This document shows positions 13,101 through 25,498 of a DNA stretch of 64,000 nucleotides, in pieces. The first letter of the stretch is position 1. Each line of letters begins with the position of its first letter. The notes beneath the pieces are model-generated. The model was not told the DNA's origin and did not search any database. It saw only the letters and a program-made list of their open reading frames with translations. The stretch is from Octopus vulgaris (taxonomy: Eukaryota): assembly GCA_951406725.2 (NCBI GenBank), contig OX597814.1, positions 186,930,001 to 186,994,000 of the forward strand, read 5' to 3'. Both the position numbers and the translations under genes were made by a program.

Positions 13101-14159
13101 GCTTCAACACACAAACTCATATAAAGAATCTTGCAAACCAAATCCAAAAACGAAATGCAATGTATATTAACATCAAGGAAACATTCGCCTTTAAGATTCT
13201 GCATACACACACATCATCATCATCCTTTTATGTCCACTTTTAATGCTGAAATGGGTTAGATTGGTGATCCTAGTCTTATTCATCTGTTAGTGGGAGCCAC
13301 TTGCTGCCATAGGCTGGTATTCATACATGCCATTTGGTTTCTTCTTATGCCTAGATACCCTTCTTCTCACCAACCACTTTACAGAGTGTACTAGGTGCAT
13401 TTTCTTGTGGTACAAAATCTAGAGAGTTTTACAGTCCTTGACATGACAGAACTATAGGGACCTTGTAGCGCTATGGTTTTTCTACTGATTTGTTAACCAC
13501 TTTCTGTGTGCACGGGGTACTATAGCTATGGCACCAACACCAGGGACCACTCTAGTGCTGGTGCCAGGGAAAAAGTACCCAGTACACTCTATAAACAGTG
13601 ATATAGTCCTAACAGTGATATGGTTTGACAGGTTTCCATCATGTCACTAGAGGAGCAGGGGCAAAAAAGGGTGCTTTGTATACAGGAAATGTGGGGAGCA
13701 CTCAATAACACACACACACACACACAAAGTTTGTATTAAAATATAATAAAGATCTAACCCCTTGCTAAATGGATGGATGGATAGAAGGAAAGGAAAACAA
13801 CTATATAAGCAAGGGAAAAGAAATGAAACCACAAACTAGGATGGAACCTACTTGATTTATTTCTAAAAGTCAATGCCTTGAATGTCACACTACATTGCTA
13901 ACGTTATCGTTTACCAGCAAGACAACAATTTTTCAGGAGAAGCTGTCTCTTGCCACCCACCCCCATCCCTCCGCTCCACCTCCCTCCGGGGAAAGATGCT
14001 ATTCTCCAATATTCAATTATATTTTGCATGTTTGCCGCTCTTGCTACTGTACTGCACCATTTGCAGCCACCACAACAGCCACACTAACTATGCACATTGC
14101 TGACAACAAAGAATCTATGTTTCCGATGACAATTTTTGGACAGATTAGTTTTGAATGAT

Positions 14160-15229
14160 GAAAGAATTTCTTCACTTTTCTCTTTCTATTTCGCTTACTT
14201 TCTTCTCTGCCTCTCTCTCTCTCTCCTACTCTCTCTCTCTCTCTCTCTCTGTCTTTCTCTATATTCTCTTTATCACAGATATCACTTTCTCACTGTCTTT
14301 TTCTCTCTCTCGTATACACTATCCACTCACATCTCTTATACCTTAACGTATACACATTGCTCTCTCTCTCTCTCTTCCACTGTTCATATTCCTTCTTCCT
14401 TTCTCTTTCTCTCACCTTTTCCTTACACACACACATATTCCACTGTTACCGCTCATTCACACTTACGCACATTCACAGCGTCTCACTCTCACGCGCGCGC
14501 CCCACTCAAACGCTGCTCTTCCTATTTCCTCTCTCTCTCTCTCTCTCTCACTCCACTCACTGCCTTCTTTCACACACGCACAGTAATCTCCCCACCTTTA
14601 CACACATATACGCTTGTAATCTCACAACCTTTACATACACACAGAAACACTAATGTCACCACCTTCACACACATACACTCTTACACACACACATTCACTC
14701 ACACGTATACACACAATTGTTTTTAACCTTTCTTCCCTTTATTTTCCTTTTTTTTTCTTTCTATCTTTTGTTTTTTCTCGCTCTCTTCTTTGCTGTTTAC
14801 ATCTATATTTCTCACTTTTACTTTGTTTTCTGTGTGTGTCTGTGTGTCTGTCAGCGCGTAGGAGCGTGTGTGCACACACACACGCGCTTGTCTTTATCAC
14901 TCTTTCTCTACTCATTAATGTGTGATTGTCTCGTTTCTCTCTTTCTGACTTCTCCCTCTGTTATCAATTATACTTCCTTCTCTTTCTTATTCTCTCTCTC
15001 TCTCTCTCTGTCTCTCTCACGCAAACGCATACACACACACATAAACAAACACACACGCAGGGACACACGCATCTTTGCAGCCATCCTTTTGTCTCTTACT
15101 ACCTCCTCCTCCTCCTTTCTCTAGTGTCTTCCTTCTCTGTCACATTTCTCTTCATGTCGTTCTTCCAGCTCCCCGTTTACTCCCTCTCTTCATCATCATC
15201 ACCATCACCACCACAACAACACCAACACA

Positions 15230-15274
<45 letters not shown>

Positions 15275-16420
15275 GCACACGCACATCCATTCTCTTTCAC
15301 TGCAAGCTTCTTTAGCCCTTCCTACTTGCTGCCTCTCACACTCACGCTTTCTATTCTCTCACTCTTCCTGTTCTTATCTCTTCCCACTTTCTCTTCATTT
15401 CTCCCCCACAACCCTTATTCCTTTTCCCTTGAACAAACATCTCATTTCTTCTCTCTATCATTTTGATTAGTATTTCCAAAGTGATATTTATTTTATTCTA
15501 TTTCATTATTTTCTTTTATAGTTTCTTTACTTCTTTTCTCTAAAGACCAGAGTCTGTTACTGATACCTGAATATACTAAAATAACCTTTTGTGTAGAGAT
15601 TAAGTAAACAGTCAGTAATGTATGCCAATATTTTATAGGCTCTTCCTGTCAAGTTTATCACCATGGCCATCTACTATACATCTGTGAAATATTCTCAATT
15701 CCTACACTTCATCCCATACAGTTCCCACCAAAACTCAGTGTGAAAGACCCAACTTTCACTTTCTCTTTCATTTTGACCAGCTATTTTTCTTCTTGCTTTT
15801 TTTCTTAGTTACTTTCTCTTCTAACCACTCACTTACCTACCACACCTCACCATTATTTCATCACTGCCAACATCATTGTTAATACTCCAGCGCCATCCCC
15901 CTGGCATTCCACCACCTTCACTTCCACTGCTATCATTGCTGCTCCATCCCCTAACTCCACTACCACATATTTCCCCCACCACCAACACCAACATAATCTA
16001 AACTTCCTCACCACCACTATATATATACATATATACATAGATATAGATATATGTATGCATGTATGTATGTATGTATCCACCCCCACCCCAGCACATCTAA
16101 CTCCATAACCATCCCCACCCCCACCATATGGCATTCCTCCACCAGCACAATCTAACTTCATCACCACACATTCATCCACCCCTCTTCCTCTCCTGCCGAC
16201 AGCATCTAACTTCATAACCATCTTTACCGCCACACATCTTATCCCCAACAACATCATCTGACTTCATTCACCCCCAACTCATCTCCACTTATTCCCTTCC
16301 CCCCTTTCTCCCCCCCCCCCCCGTCCAACCCACACTATCTGCTTCCACCACCATCACTTCTATCGCAAATACTATAATCACTATCACAACTACTTCCCAC
16401 AACAACCACCACACTTTTCA
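14160..16420. repeat. long low-complexity pyrimidine/CA-rich tract
   Basis: (CT)n, (CA)n, (CAC)n and poly-C with strong strand asymmetry. Confidence 0.85.
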
Positions 16421-17914
16421 AAAATTTTTTCCCCTTTCATTTCATCATGTAATTATTATTTTGTGTTTCTCTTAAATTTCAATTCCTCCTATCCAACTCT
16501 TCTCTGGCATTCTTTTCAATACACTTTACATTGATATTTACACCCCCATCCAAACCACAAACATCCCCCAACCTATTTCACTGCCAGCCTTCCTATCTAG
16601 TAACTTTTGCTTTTTCTACATCAATTTGCCCACCATTTCCACCTCCAACTGCACCATCTACACAGTAATTCTTGTGCTATTTCTAAACCCTAAAACCTTC
16701 ATCTAGTTGCTAACATTACTGTTAGACTGTAAATAGAAAATTACAAAATAAAATAAATAAGTAATAAAATAATATATTCAAAAAAATCAATTTATCATAC
16801 AAATTTCTTCCATTTCTTCCACAGAAAACAGCAATTGTTGTAAATCATTAATATAACAGGTTTGTCCTATATTCTTTTCCAATGATTTTTAAAAGTATAA
16901 AAAACAAACAATACAAAAATTAAACAAAACACACGCACACATGCATGCACGTTTGCATGCATACACATACACACACACTCATAATCAAAAACAAAATAGT
17001 AAAAAAAATAAGGACCAAACAAGCAAATTGAATTGATCATGTGACAAAGGCCCTTGAGAGAAACTATACTGAAGTAGTTGAAATAAAGTATATTTCTTCA
17101 TAATAGCTCAAGCTGATTAAAGTTCATTTTCTATTTCTAAAGAATTTAGATTAATACTATTTGTGAAACTATTAAATGTAAATGTAAACAAAATGTATCC
17201 ACCCACTTAACCTCATCATCATCATATACATATGCACGTGTATGTGCGTGTATATATATATTCTTGACAATTTATTATTAACATTATCAAGTTTAATTTT
17301 CATGTGTATATTAAAATATTTTGCTCCTTTTGTTTTCTAATATAGTGTTGGAAGAGTCAAAAATGACTTCCTTTTCTATATTGCTGTTTCATATTTTGTA
17401 ATACTTAATTTGTGTGTCTCTCTCTACACACTAGAGTTAATTTTAATTACTTTCTTTCAAGATTTGCTTAGTCAACTATATTATATGATTACCTGGTTAA
17501 CTCACATTCTTTGCATCCTAAGATTTCGTTTCTACACCTGTCCACTTGTCTGAAGAAAAAACATTGATCAACTGACATTTAAGTCATGACAAACTTGTAG
17601 TCTTTTCTAGCATATTATATTCAGGATATGTTTAAACAGATATGTTTATCTGGTCTATTTATAGATGCAACCATGGCTGTGTGGTTAAGAAGTTCACTGT
17701 ATAACCATATTTCTTAGATTCAATCCCACTGTGTGGAACCTTGGGCAAGTGTTTTCTATAATAGCTTTGAGACAACCAATGTTTTGTGGGTGAGATTTAG
17801 TTGACAGAAACTGTACAGAAACCTATTATGTGACTGTGTGTGTGGAGTATGTATAAGTCTTTTCATGTATCTTCATATTCTCACCATTTTGGCAAAAACA
17901 CAAACAGGACATAC

Positions 17915-18082
17915 TGTTTGTGTACTCGTTTCCAACCCTCACCTTACTGATAGCATCCCTGTACATGGCTTGTACAGCTCTCACTAACCATTTATCTATC
18001 CCTAGTTTCCGCATAGACCACCAGATAAGAGATCAAGGGACCCTGTCAAAGGCTTTCTCCATGTCAACAAAAGCCAAGTACA
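17915..18082 (-). mobile_element. RTE RT fragment
   Basis: MRKLGIDKWLVRAVQAMYRDAISKVRVGNEY, as in 29500 and 51170 copies. Confidence 0.85.
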
Positions 18083-18212
18083 GAGTGGTTTCATTGTGTG
18101 AAAATCAGTAGAATAAAAAGGTGTGGCTGTGTGGTAAGAAGTTTGCTTCCCAACCACATGGTTCCAGGTTCAGATCCATTGTGTGGCACCTTGGACAAGT
18201 GTCTTCTACTAT

Positions 18213-18495
18213 GGAAGCACTCCGTCGGTTATGACGACGAGGGTTCCGGTTGATCCGATCAACAGAACAGCCTGCTCGTGAAATTAATGTGTAAGTGGCT
18301 GAGCACTCCACAGACACGTGTACCCATAATGCAGTTCTCGGGGATATTCAGCGTGACACAGAGAGTGACAAGGCTGGCCCTTTGAAATACAGGCACAACA
18401 GAAACAGGAAGTAAGAGTGAGAGAAAGTTGTGGTGAAAGAGTACAGCAGGGATCACCACCATCCCTGCCGGAGCCTCGTGGAGCTTTAGGTGTAA
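18213..18495. mobile_element. 283 bp unclassified retroposed insert
   Basis: 12 bp TSD GTCTTCTACTAT at 18201-18212 and 18496-18507. Confidence 0.75.
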
Positions 18496-18697
18496 GTCTT
18501 CTACTATAGCCTCGGGCTGACCAAAGCTTTGTGGGTGGATTTGGTAGGTGGAAAGTGAAAGAAGCCTGGTTGTATGTGTGTGTGTGTTTTTAACCTCCAT
18601 CACTGCTTGACAACTGGTGTTGGTATGTTTAAGTCACCATAACTTAGTAGTTCAGCAAAAGAGGCAGAAAGATTAATTACCAGGCTTTAAAAACAAA

Positions 18698-19467
18698 AAG
18701 GCAGCAAGCTGGCAGAAACATTAGCATGCCGGATGAAATGCTTAGCAGTATTTTGTCTGTCACTACGTTCTAAGTTCAAATTCCGCGGAGGTTGACTTTG
18801 CCGTTCATCCTTTCAGGGTCGATTAAATAAGTATGGGTCATGCACTAGGGTCGATATAATCGACTTAATCTGTTTGCCTGTCCTTGTTTGTCTTCTCTGT
18901 GTTTAGCCCCTTCATCATCATCATCATCATCGTTTAACGTCTGTTCTCCATGCTAGCATGGGTTGGATGGTTCGACCGGGGATCTGGGAAGCCAGAAGGC
19001 TGCACCAGGCTCCAGTCTTATCTGGCAATGTTTCTACAGCTGGATGCCCTTCCTAACGCCAACCACTCCGTGAGTGTAGTGGGTGCTTTTTACGTGCCAC
19101 CTGCACAGGTGCCAGGCGAGGCTGGCAACGGCCACGTTCGGATTGGTGTATTTTATGTGCCACCGGCACGGAAGCCAGTGGAGGCGGCGCTGGCATCGGC
19201 CACGAGTCGGATAGTGCTTTTTACGTACCACCAGACCAGGGATCCTGGCTGGTTCAATTCGATTTTGATTTCGCTTTCGCTTGCCCCAACATGTCTTCGC
19301 AAGCAAAGGGGGTTGGCATGGGTGCCTGTCATCGGATGAGGTTCTATATCGACTTTGCTTGCCTCAACAGGTCTTTGTGTCCAAGGGAGGAAAGGCATTC
19401 ATAAGTGGGCTGGGCTCACTTGTCCTGCCTGGTCTTCTCACTACCCTTGTGGGTAGTAAAGAAATAA
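18698..19467 (+). mobile_element. SINE family A with RTE tail inserted in its 3' end
   Basis: TSD GCTTTAAAAACAAA at 18684-18697 and 19468-19481. Confidence 0.8.
18913..19440 (-). mobile_element. 5'-truncated RTE (ORF end plus 3' UTR)
   Basis: (CAT)n tail; matches 50073-50780 over much of its length. Confidence 0.85.
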
Positions 19468-20329
19468 GCTTTAAAAACAAATACTGGGATCAATTTGTTT
19501 GACTTAAAATTTGTTCAAGGCAGTGCCCCAACACGGTCACAATCAAATAACTGAAAGACAAAGATAAAAGATACTTGAAAAACAAGTGTTGGTGTCAAGA
19601 AGGACACCCAGTGTAAGAATACAGCCTCAGTAAGTCTCATCCAAATTCTACCAGTATTCTAACAGCTATGACAATGATAATGATGATTTATCCATTTTTA
19701 AGATACTGGGCTATATTTGGGGAATATTTTGAAGTTTCTAGCACTAAGTACCAACACAACAAAACAAAAATGGGAAAATTAAAAGACCATCAGGACGTGT
19801 GAGAGGCATATTTTGTTGCCACACCAAACTTCAACAATCACAGACCTGCCACTACAGGAAAACCAATACTCACCTCCAAACATGTAGATACATACATGAC
19901 ACCCCAGAACATAACTACAACAGCAATGAGGCAAATTTTTGCAAGGCCATCTGACCTGCCATAAATAGTAACCAAATCTCCTTGAAGAGAAACCCTACTA
20001 TTTTAAAAAAGGAGACATTGTCATAATGTAGACAGGTTTTTTTGCACGTGGGAAAAAGTTGAGATTGTCATTGCTTTAATATCTTTGATTACAGGTATGC
20101 ATGTTAAGGGCTGACCAAGGGCTAAATGGAAATTTTGTGGGAGGGGGAAAATCAATTACATCAACCCCAGTGCCTAACTGGTACCTATTTCACCAGCACT
20201 GAAAGGATGAAAGGCAAACTGACTTTGGCAAAATTTGAATTCAGAATGTAAAACCAGAAGAAATACTGCTAAGAATTTTTCCAACATGCTAATACTTCTG
20301 CTAGTTGTCTGCCTTCAAATGCTACTAAT

Positions 20330-20775
20330 AATGATTTCAAATTTTGGCACAAGGCCAGTAATTTTGAGAGAGGAGATAAGTTGATTATATTGACCCCGGC
20401 GAGCTGGCAGAAACGTTAGCATGCCGGGTGAAATTCGTAGCCGTATTTCGTCTGTCGTTGCGTTCCGAGTTCAAATTCCGCCGAGGTTGACTTTGCCTTT
20501 CATCCTTTCGGGGTCGATAAATTAAGTACCAGTTACGCACTGGGGTCGATGTAATCGACTTAATCCCTTTGTCTGTCCCCTCTGTGTTTAGCCCTTTGTG
20601 GGTAGTAAAGAAATATATATTGACCCCAGTTTTCAACTGGTAATTATTTCATCAACCCCTGAAGGATGACAAGCAAAGTCTACCTTCGTGGAATTTGAAC
20701 TCAGAATGTAAAGACAGCTGAAATGCCGCTAAGCATTTTGCCTGCTGTGCTAACAATTCTGCCAGCTTGCCTCCT
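20330..20775 (-). mobile_element. SINE family A copy interrupted by an opposite-strand family A copy (20398-20615)
   Basis: TSD TATATTGACCCC at 20386-20397 and 20616-20627. Confidence 0.75.
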
Positions 20776-21551
20776 TCACACAATACAAATAATAAGAACA
20801 GTTGAACAATAACTGCTGTATTCTGAATAAGTCCACTTTGCCAGCTTCCACTGTGGTCACCACAAAAACCTATGGCTGTAAGAAGTTGACTGCACAATAG
20901 AGAAAGTAGAATATGTCCAGATTCTGATAAACCAGCATCAGATTGTGCAGTTTACTCTTTAGCTAAGTTGAGACATGGTATAAATAAGAAGCTGGATCTA
21001 TGGGTCATAATTTGTTGTTAGCCTGAGTATATGCATACCTTACAGCTACTCACTGTGGCCGTGCACAACAACTACAACACATCTACTTTCTAATCATTTC
21101 ATCAGTTCCTTCTTTGTCACTTTTCCTGTCGTACAAGTTTAATAATCTAATAACACAAACATATAAGCATTTCTCTGAATTAGACACTCACACATACACA
21201 TCTCTTTCTCCCTTTCTCTTTGTATACATACATATATGTGTGTATGTATGTGTGTATCTCAATTTATCTGACTCTGTCTCTCACTCTATATATATAGAGA
21301 GAGAGATTTTCATTTTTAACATCCACTTTTCTATGCTTGCATGGGTCAGATGTGACTTCGATGTAAACTTCTCTATGACCAGACACTCTTCCTGTTGCCA
21401 ATCTTCACTTGTTTCCAAGCAAAACAATATTCCCCCTAATATTTCAATGAACAGCCTGGACATATTTTCATGGGAAACTGCATATAGATGACACCATTTG
21501 TCTACAAACAGTGATTCTTTGTTGACAGTCAGTGGTCACATTTCAAGACAG

Positions 21552-21577
21552 ATGATGATGATGATGATGATTATCAT

Positions 21578-21639
<62 letters not shown>

Positions 21640-21650
21640 TTATTATTATT
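21552..21650. repeat. (GAT)n-(TAC)n-(TAT)n trinucleotide microsatellite
   Basis: Visible in sequence. Confidence 0.95.
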
Positions 21651-21653
21651 TTC

Positions 21654-21870
21654 AAGGCCATGAGCTGCCAGAATCATTAGCATGCCAGGCAAAATGCTTA
21701 GCAGTATTCCATCTGTCTTTACATGTTCTGAGTTCAAATTCTGCTGAGGTTAACTTTGCCTTTCATCCTTTCAGGGTCAATAAATTGAGTACCAGTAAAA
21801 CAATGGGGTTGATGTAATTGACTATCCCCCTCCCCAAATTTCAGGCCTTTACTAGAAAGGATTATTATTA
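21654..21870 (+). mobile_element. SINE family A (variant tail)
   Basis: GAGCTGCCAGAATCATTAGCATGCC ... GCCTTTCATCCTTTCAGGGTCAATAAATTGAGTACCAG. Confidence 0.75.
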
Positions 21871-21989
21871 TCACCATTATCATTATTATCATTAGTTCAT
21901 CTATCATTTTCAACGATGACCTAGGACATCACATGAGAGAAGATGGGATATGGTGTGTCTGGCTGTGGCTGGTCAGTCCAATGCATGCT

Positions 21990-22470
21990 CAGAAGGCTCT
22001 ACCACAGGTCAGACATTGGTGGTCTGCTGGAACTGAAGGCTCTGGATTTGCACAGTTCATGTTTTCTTTATGCCCCTGCAATCCTGTTCTGTTTGTAGGA
22101 GGTGGCACCTCTGTTGGTGCAGCCTTGTGCTTGCATTTCCCCAGGGTCGGGGTTGATCTCAAAGTTCTTCAAAGAGGCTTTGTGTGTATCCTTGAAGCAC
22201 TTTTTCTGTCCACTTTATGTCTGCTTGCCTTCTATCAGTTTGCTGTAAAACAGTCTCTTGTGGAGACATTGGTGAGGCATTCAGACAAGGTGGCCAGCCC
22301 ATCTGACTTGCACTCTCCTCAGCAGCGAGTAGATGTTTAGCAGATCAGTTCAAGAAAAGACCTCCATTTCTGGGACCTGACCTTGCCAGGTGATTTTCAA
22401 CAACTTCCTCAGGCAGTACATGCAGAAGCAGTTTAGCTTTTTGGCATGGTGTTCATAATACATTCCCAGG
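21990..22470 (-). mobile_element. decayed RTE (BovB-like) LINE C-terminal fragment
   Basis: HAKKLNCFCMYCLRKLLKITWQ; minus-strand RWAGHLVRMP. Confidence 0.65.
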
Positions 22471-22786
22471 CTTACACACATAAAAGAACCCACATGAACA
22501 CATACAAGAGGCTTCCTCCAGTTTCCATTGACCAAATTTCACTCATAAAATATTGGTGGACTTGCAACTGTAGTAGAGGACACAAAACAAACATGAACAC
22601 ATATAATTATATCTATTTATCTCTCTATCTGTATATATGTTAGGTACATTATATGCATACACACACACATATCTGTACATGTATGTGTGTGTGAGCATTA
22701 AACTAATACATCTGTTTGTTATTTACACACCCATCTTCATGTTTGTTTTTTGGTAAATTCTCGCTATATACATACATACATACGTA

Positions 22787-22824
<38 letters not shown>

Positions 22825-22825
<1 letters not shown>

Positions 22826-22985
22826 ATAGAAATGGCAAGACAACAAAAGAATGAAAGAGACCTTGATATTATGTAAATAGAGGAATTTATCTGTAAATAT
22901 AATATATGACAATTATTCGGTAGCCATGATAAACTCGGAGTGTTTTATCATGGCTACCGAATAATTGTCACATATTATATTTACA
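22825..22985. mobile_element. foldback PLE-type terminal remnant in (TA)n
   Basis: 42 bp arms 22892-22933 / 22944-22985; same family at 41755-41985 and 62457-62590. Confidence 0.6.
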
Positions 22986-23064
22986 CACACACACACACAC
23001 ATATATGTATATACACACACACACATATATATATGTATATATGGATATATATAAGGAATATATA

Positions 23065-23530
23065 TCATCATCATCATCATCATCGTTTAACGTCTGCTTT
23101 CCATGCTAGCATGTGTTGGACAATTTGACTGAGGTCTGGTGAACCAGATGGCTGCACCAGACTCCAGTCTGATCTGGCAGAGTTTCTACAGCTGGGTGCC
23201 CTTCCTAGCACCAACCACTCTGAGAGTGTAGTGGGTGCTTTTATGTGCCACCGGCACGAGGGTCAGTCAGGTGGTACTGACAACGGCCACGCTCAAATGG
23301 AGCTTTTCATGTTCCACCTGCACAGGTTCCAGTCCAGCGGCACTGGCAACGACCTCGCTCAAATGTTTTTTCACATGCCACCAGCACAAGTGCCAGTAAG
23401 GCAACGCAGGTAACGATCACGCTCGAATGGTGTTTTTTACGTGCTGCCGGCACGAAGGCCAGCTTATTGCTCTGGCAACGATCACGCTCGTATGGTACTC
23501 TTAGCACTTCACTAGCAAGGATGCCGGCCA
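23065..23530 (-). mobile_element. RTE 3' UTR with hairpin units
   Basis: (CAT)n CGTTTAACGTC tail; repeated GTGCCACCGGCAC. Confidence 0.8.
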
Positions 23531-25188
23531 ATTAAAATGCTAAAGGGTTAAAATTGAGAGCATTAAAAACCTAATTAGGAAAATAAATATTTGCTATTGA
23601 CTAAAATCATTTTTCTTCATTGTGTAATTATTTCTAATTAGCTTTTTAATTCCTACATGAAATATCACCACCATCATTTAATGTCCATTTTTCCAAGTTT
23701 GCAAGGGTTACATGGAATTTGTTGAGGCAGATTTTTTATGGCCAAATGCCTTCCTGTCATCAACCCTTGCTTGTTTCCAAGCAAAGTAATCTTTTCCCAT
23801 GGCTAGACATGCTTTTCATGGGAGACTGGAAATGAACAACTCGTTTGTATGATAACGATGCTAATTTATAACCAGCATGTGATGGATATGAACACTTCTA
23901 AAAGTTTAATGCCGACCCCACTTCTACTTAGGGTTTATCTCCAATGTAAGGTAGTGATCATGTAGCGCATAAAAATGATGGTGTGATGTATGCAGGTTGA
24001 AGACTATTGTCTGTACATGAGTTCTGCCAAATGCAAGCTTTCTTTTCAGGTACATAACGCTGCTGTCCCCCATCCCAGGGTCTCACAGGCCCACACCCTC
24101 GGGGTTGGCACATTCAATGTGGGCACACTGAAAGGTAGGTCTGGTGAGATTGTTGAGATGCTTGAACAAAAATGTGTAGATTTGTGCTGCATCCAAGAAG
24201 TAAGGTGGAGAGGAGGTTCTGCTAGGTTCCTCACAGGCAAAGAACATAGGTATAAGATTTTCTGGGCAGGGAACACTGATGGGGTCAGGGTGTGGGTATA
24301 CTTCTTGCAGAGAAATGGGTTGATAAAGTAATTGAGGTTGTCAGTCTGTGATAGAATACTTAAGATTAGATTAGTGCTGCATCATGGGTTAGTAACCATT
24401 ATCTTGGCCTATGCCCCTCTGATTTATGACACCCTCTTGCAGACTACCTTGTCAACAAATGACATGGGCCTTCTCTTTGTGGTTGGTGACTTCAATGGGC
24501 ATGTTGGCGTTCATGGAGGCTATGGTTTTGGTTCCTACAATGAGGAGGGAACCAGGTAGCTGGAGTTCTGTGATGCAAATGATCTTATGGTTTGTAATAC
24601 TAACTTCAGCAAACCTGCCAGTCACCTATTCATCTACCGATCTGGTAGGTACACTAGTCAAGTTGACTACATCCTCGCCAAGATACTATGAAAGGTGGCT
24701 AAATGAAGAAAATGAATGGGAGAAAGAGAGTCTGCTGAATGTCGACCCAAAAGAGGGACCAGCTATCCGAATTGACAGTACATTGGTAGACAAAGCAATT
24801 AAAGGTATGAAGACAGGGAAAGCCCCTAGTCCATCAGGAATCACTGCAGATATGCTTAAAATATCTGGCAGTGTTGGCTATAGTTTAGTCACCTGTATAG
24901 TCAACCAGGTGATACATGAAAGAGTCATACCAAATGACTGGTGTAGCAGCAGCTTAGTCAACTTATACAAAGGTAAAGGTGATGCATTAGTTACAAATAA
25001 TTACAGAGGTATCAAGTTGTTGGATCAGGTAATGAAAGTCATGGAGAGTGTCATAGCCAAACTAATTAGGGAGAGAGTCAGTCTTGATGAGATGCAGTTT
25101 GGGTTTGTGCCAGACAGAAGCACTACTGATGCTATATATTTCTGGTAAGACAGCTGCAGAAGAAATACCTAACCAAAGATAAACCTCT

Positions 25189-25462
25189 TGTAGTATGTGT
25201 GGTGAAAGGAGTGTAACAGAACAAGGAAAGAATTAGAAGTGTAATTTGGTCTTACCTGCGGAGATGAAGTCGGATCGCCTTTGGCCAACTCGCTAACGTG
25301 TTGTCGTCTTCGTGTCTTGCTCGAGTCTGTCTCGCCTGGTCAATGCCGCACATGCGTTCTGTCTGTCACTTCTGCTTCCGCCAGTGCATGCGTCCTGCAA
25401 GACCTGCAAGCCCCACTTCCGCTCCCTCCCACTCCGTCACACTCCTTCAACACCACACCACA
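25189..25462 (-). repeat. 3' LTR
   Basis: Direct repeat of 29154-29427 with 8 substitutions counted by eye. Confidence 0.95.
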
Positions 25463-25476
25463 CGCCCCCCTGATCT
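25463..25476 (-). other. polypurine tract
   Basis: Minus strand AGATCAGGGGGGCG directly before the 3' LTR. Confidence 0.8.
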
Positions 25477-25498
25477 ATAGATCACTGAACCGGCTTCC

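Larger units (their letters stand above)
18119..19572 (+). mobile_element. SINE family B hosting three nested insertions
   Basis: Head GTGTGGCTGTGTGGTAAG, body resumes at 18496 and 19468, tail ACTGAAAGACAAAGATAAAAG. Confidence 0.75.

Noticed and set aside
14136-15470. Hydrophobic L/S/F-rich ORFs resembling membrane proteins
   Set aside because: Derived from (CT)n/(CA)n low-complexity DNA, with no domain motif.
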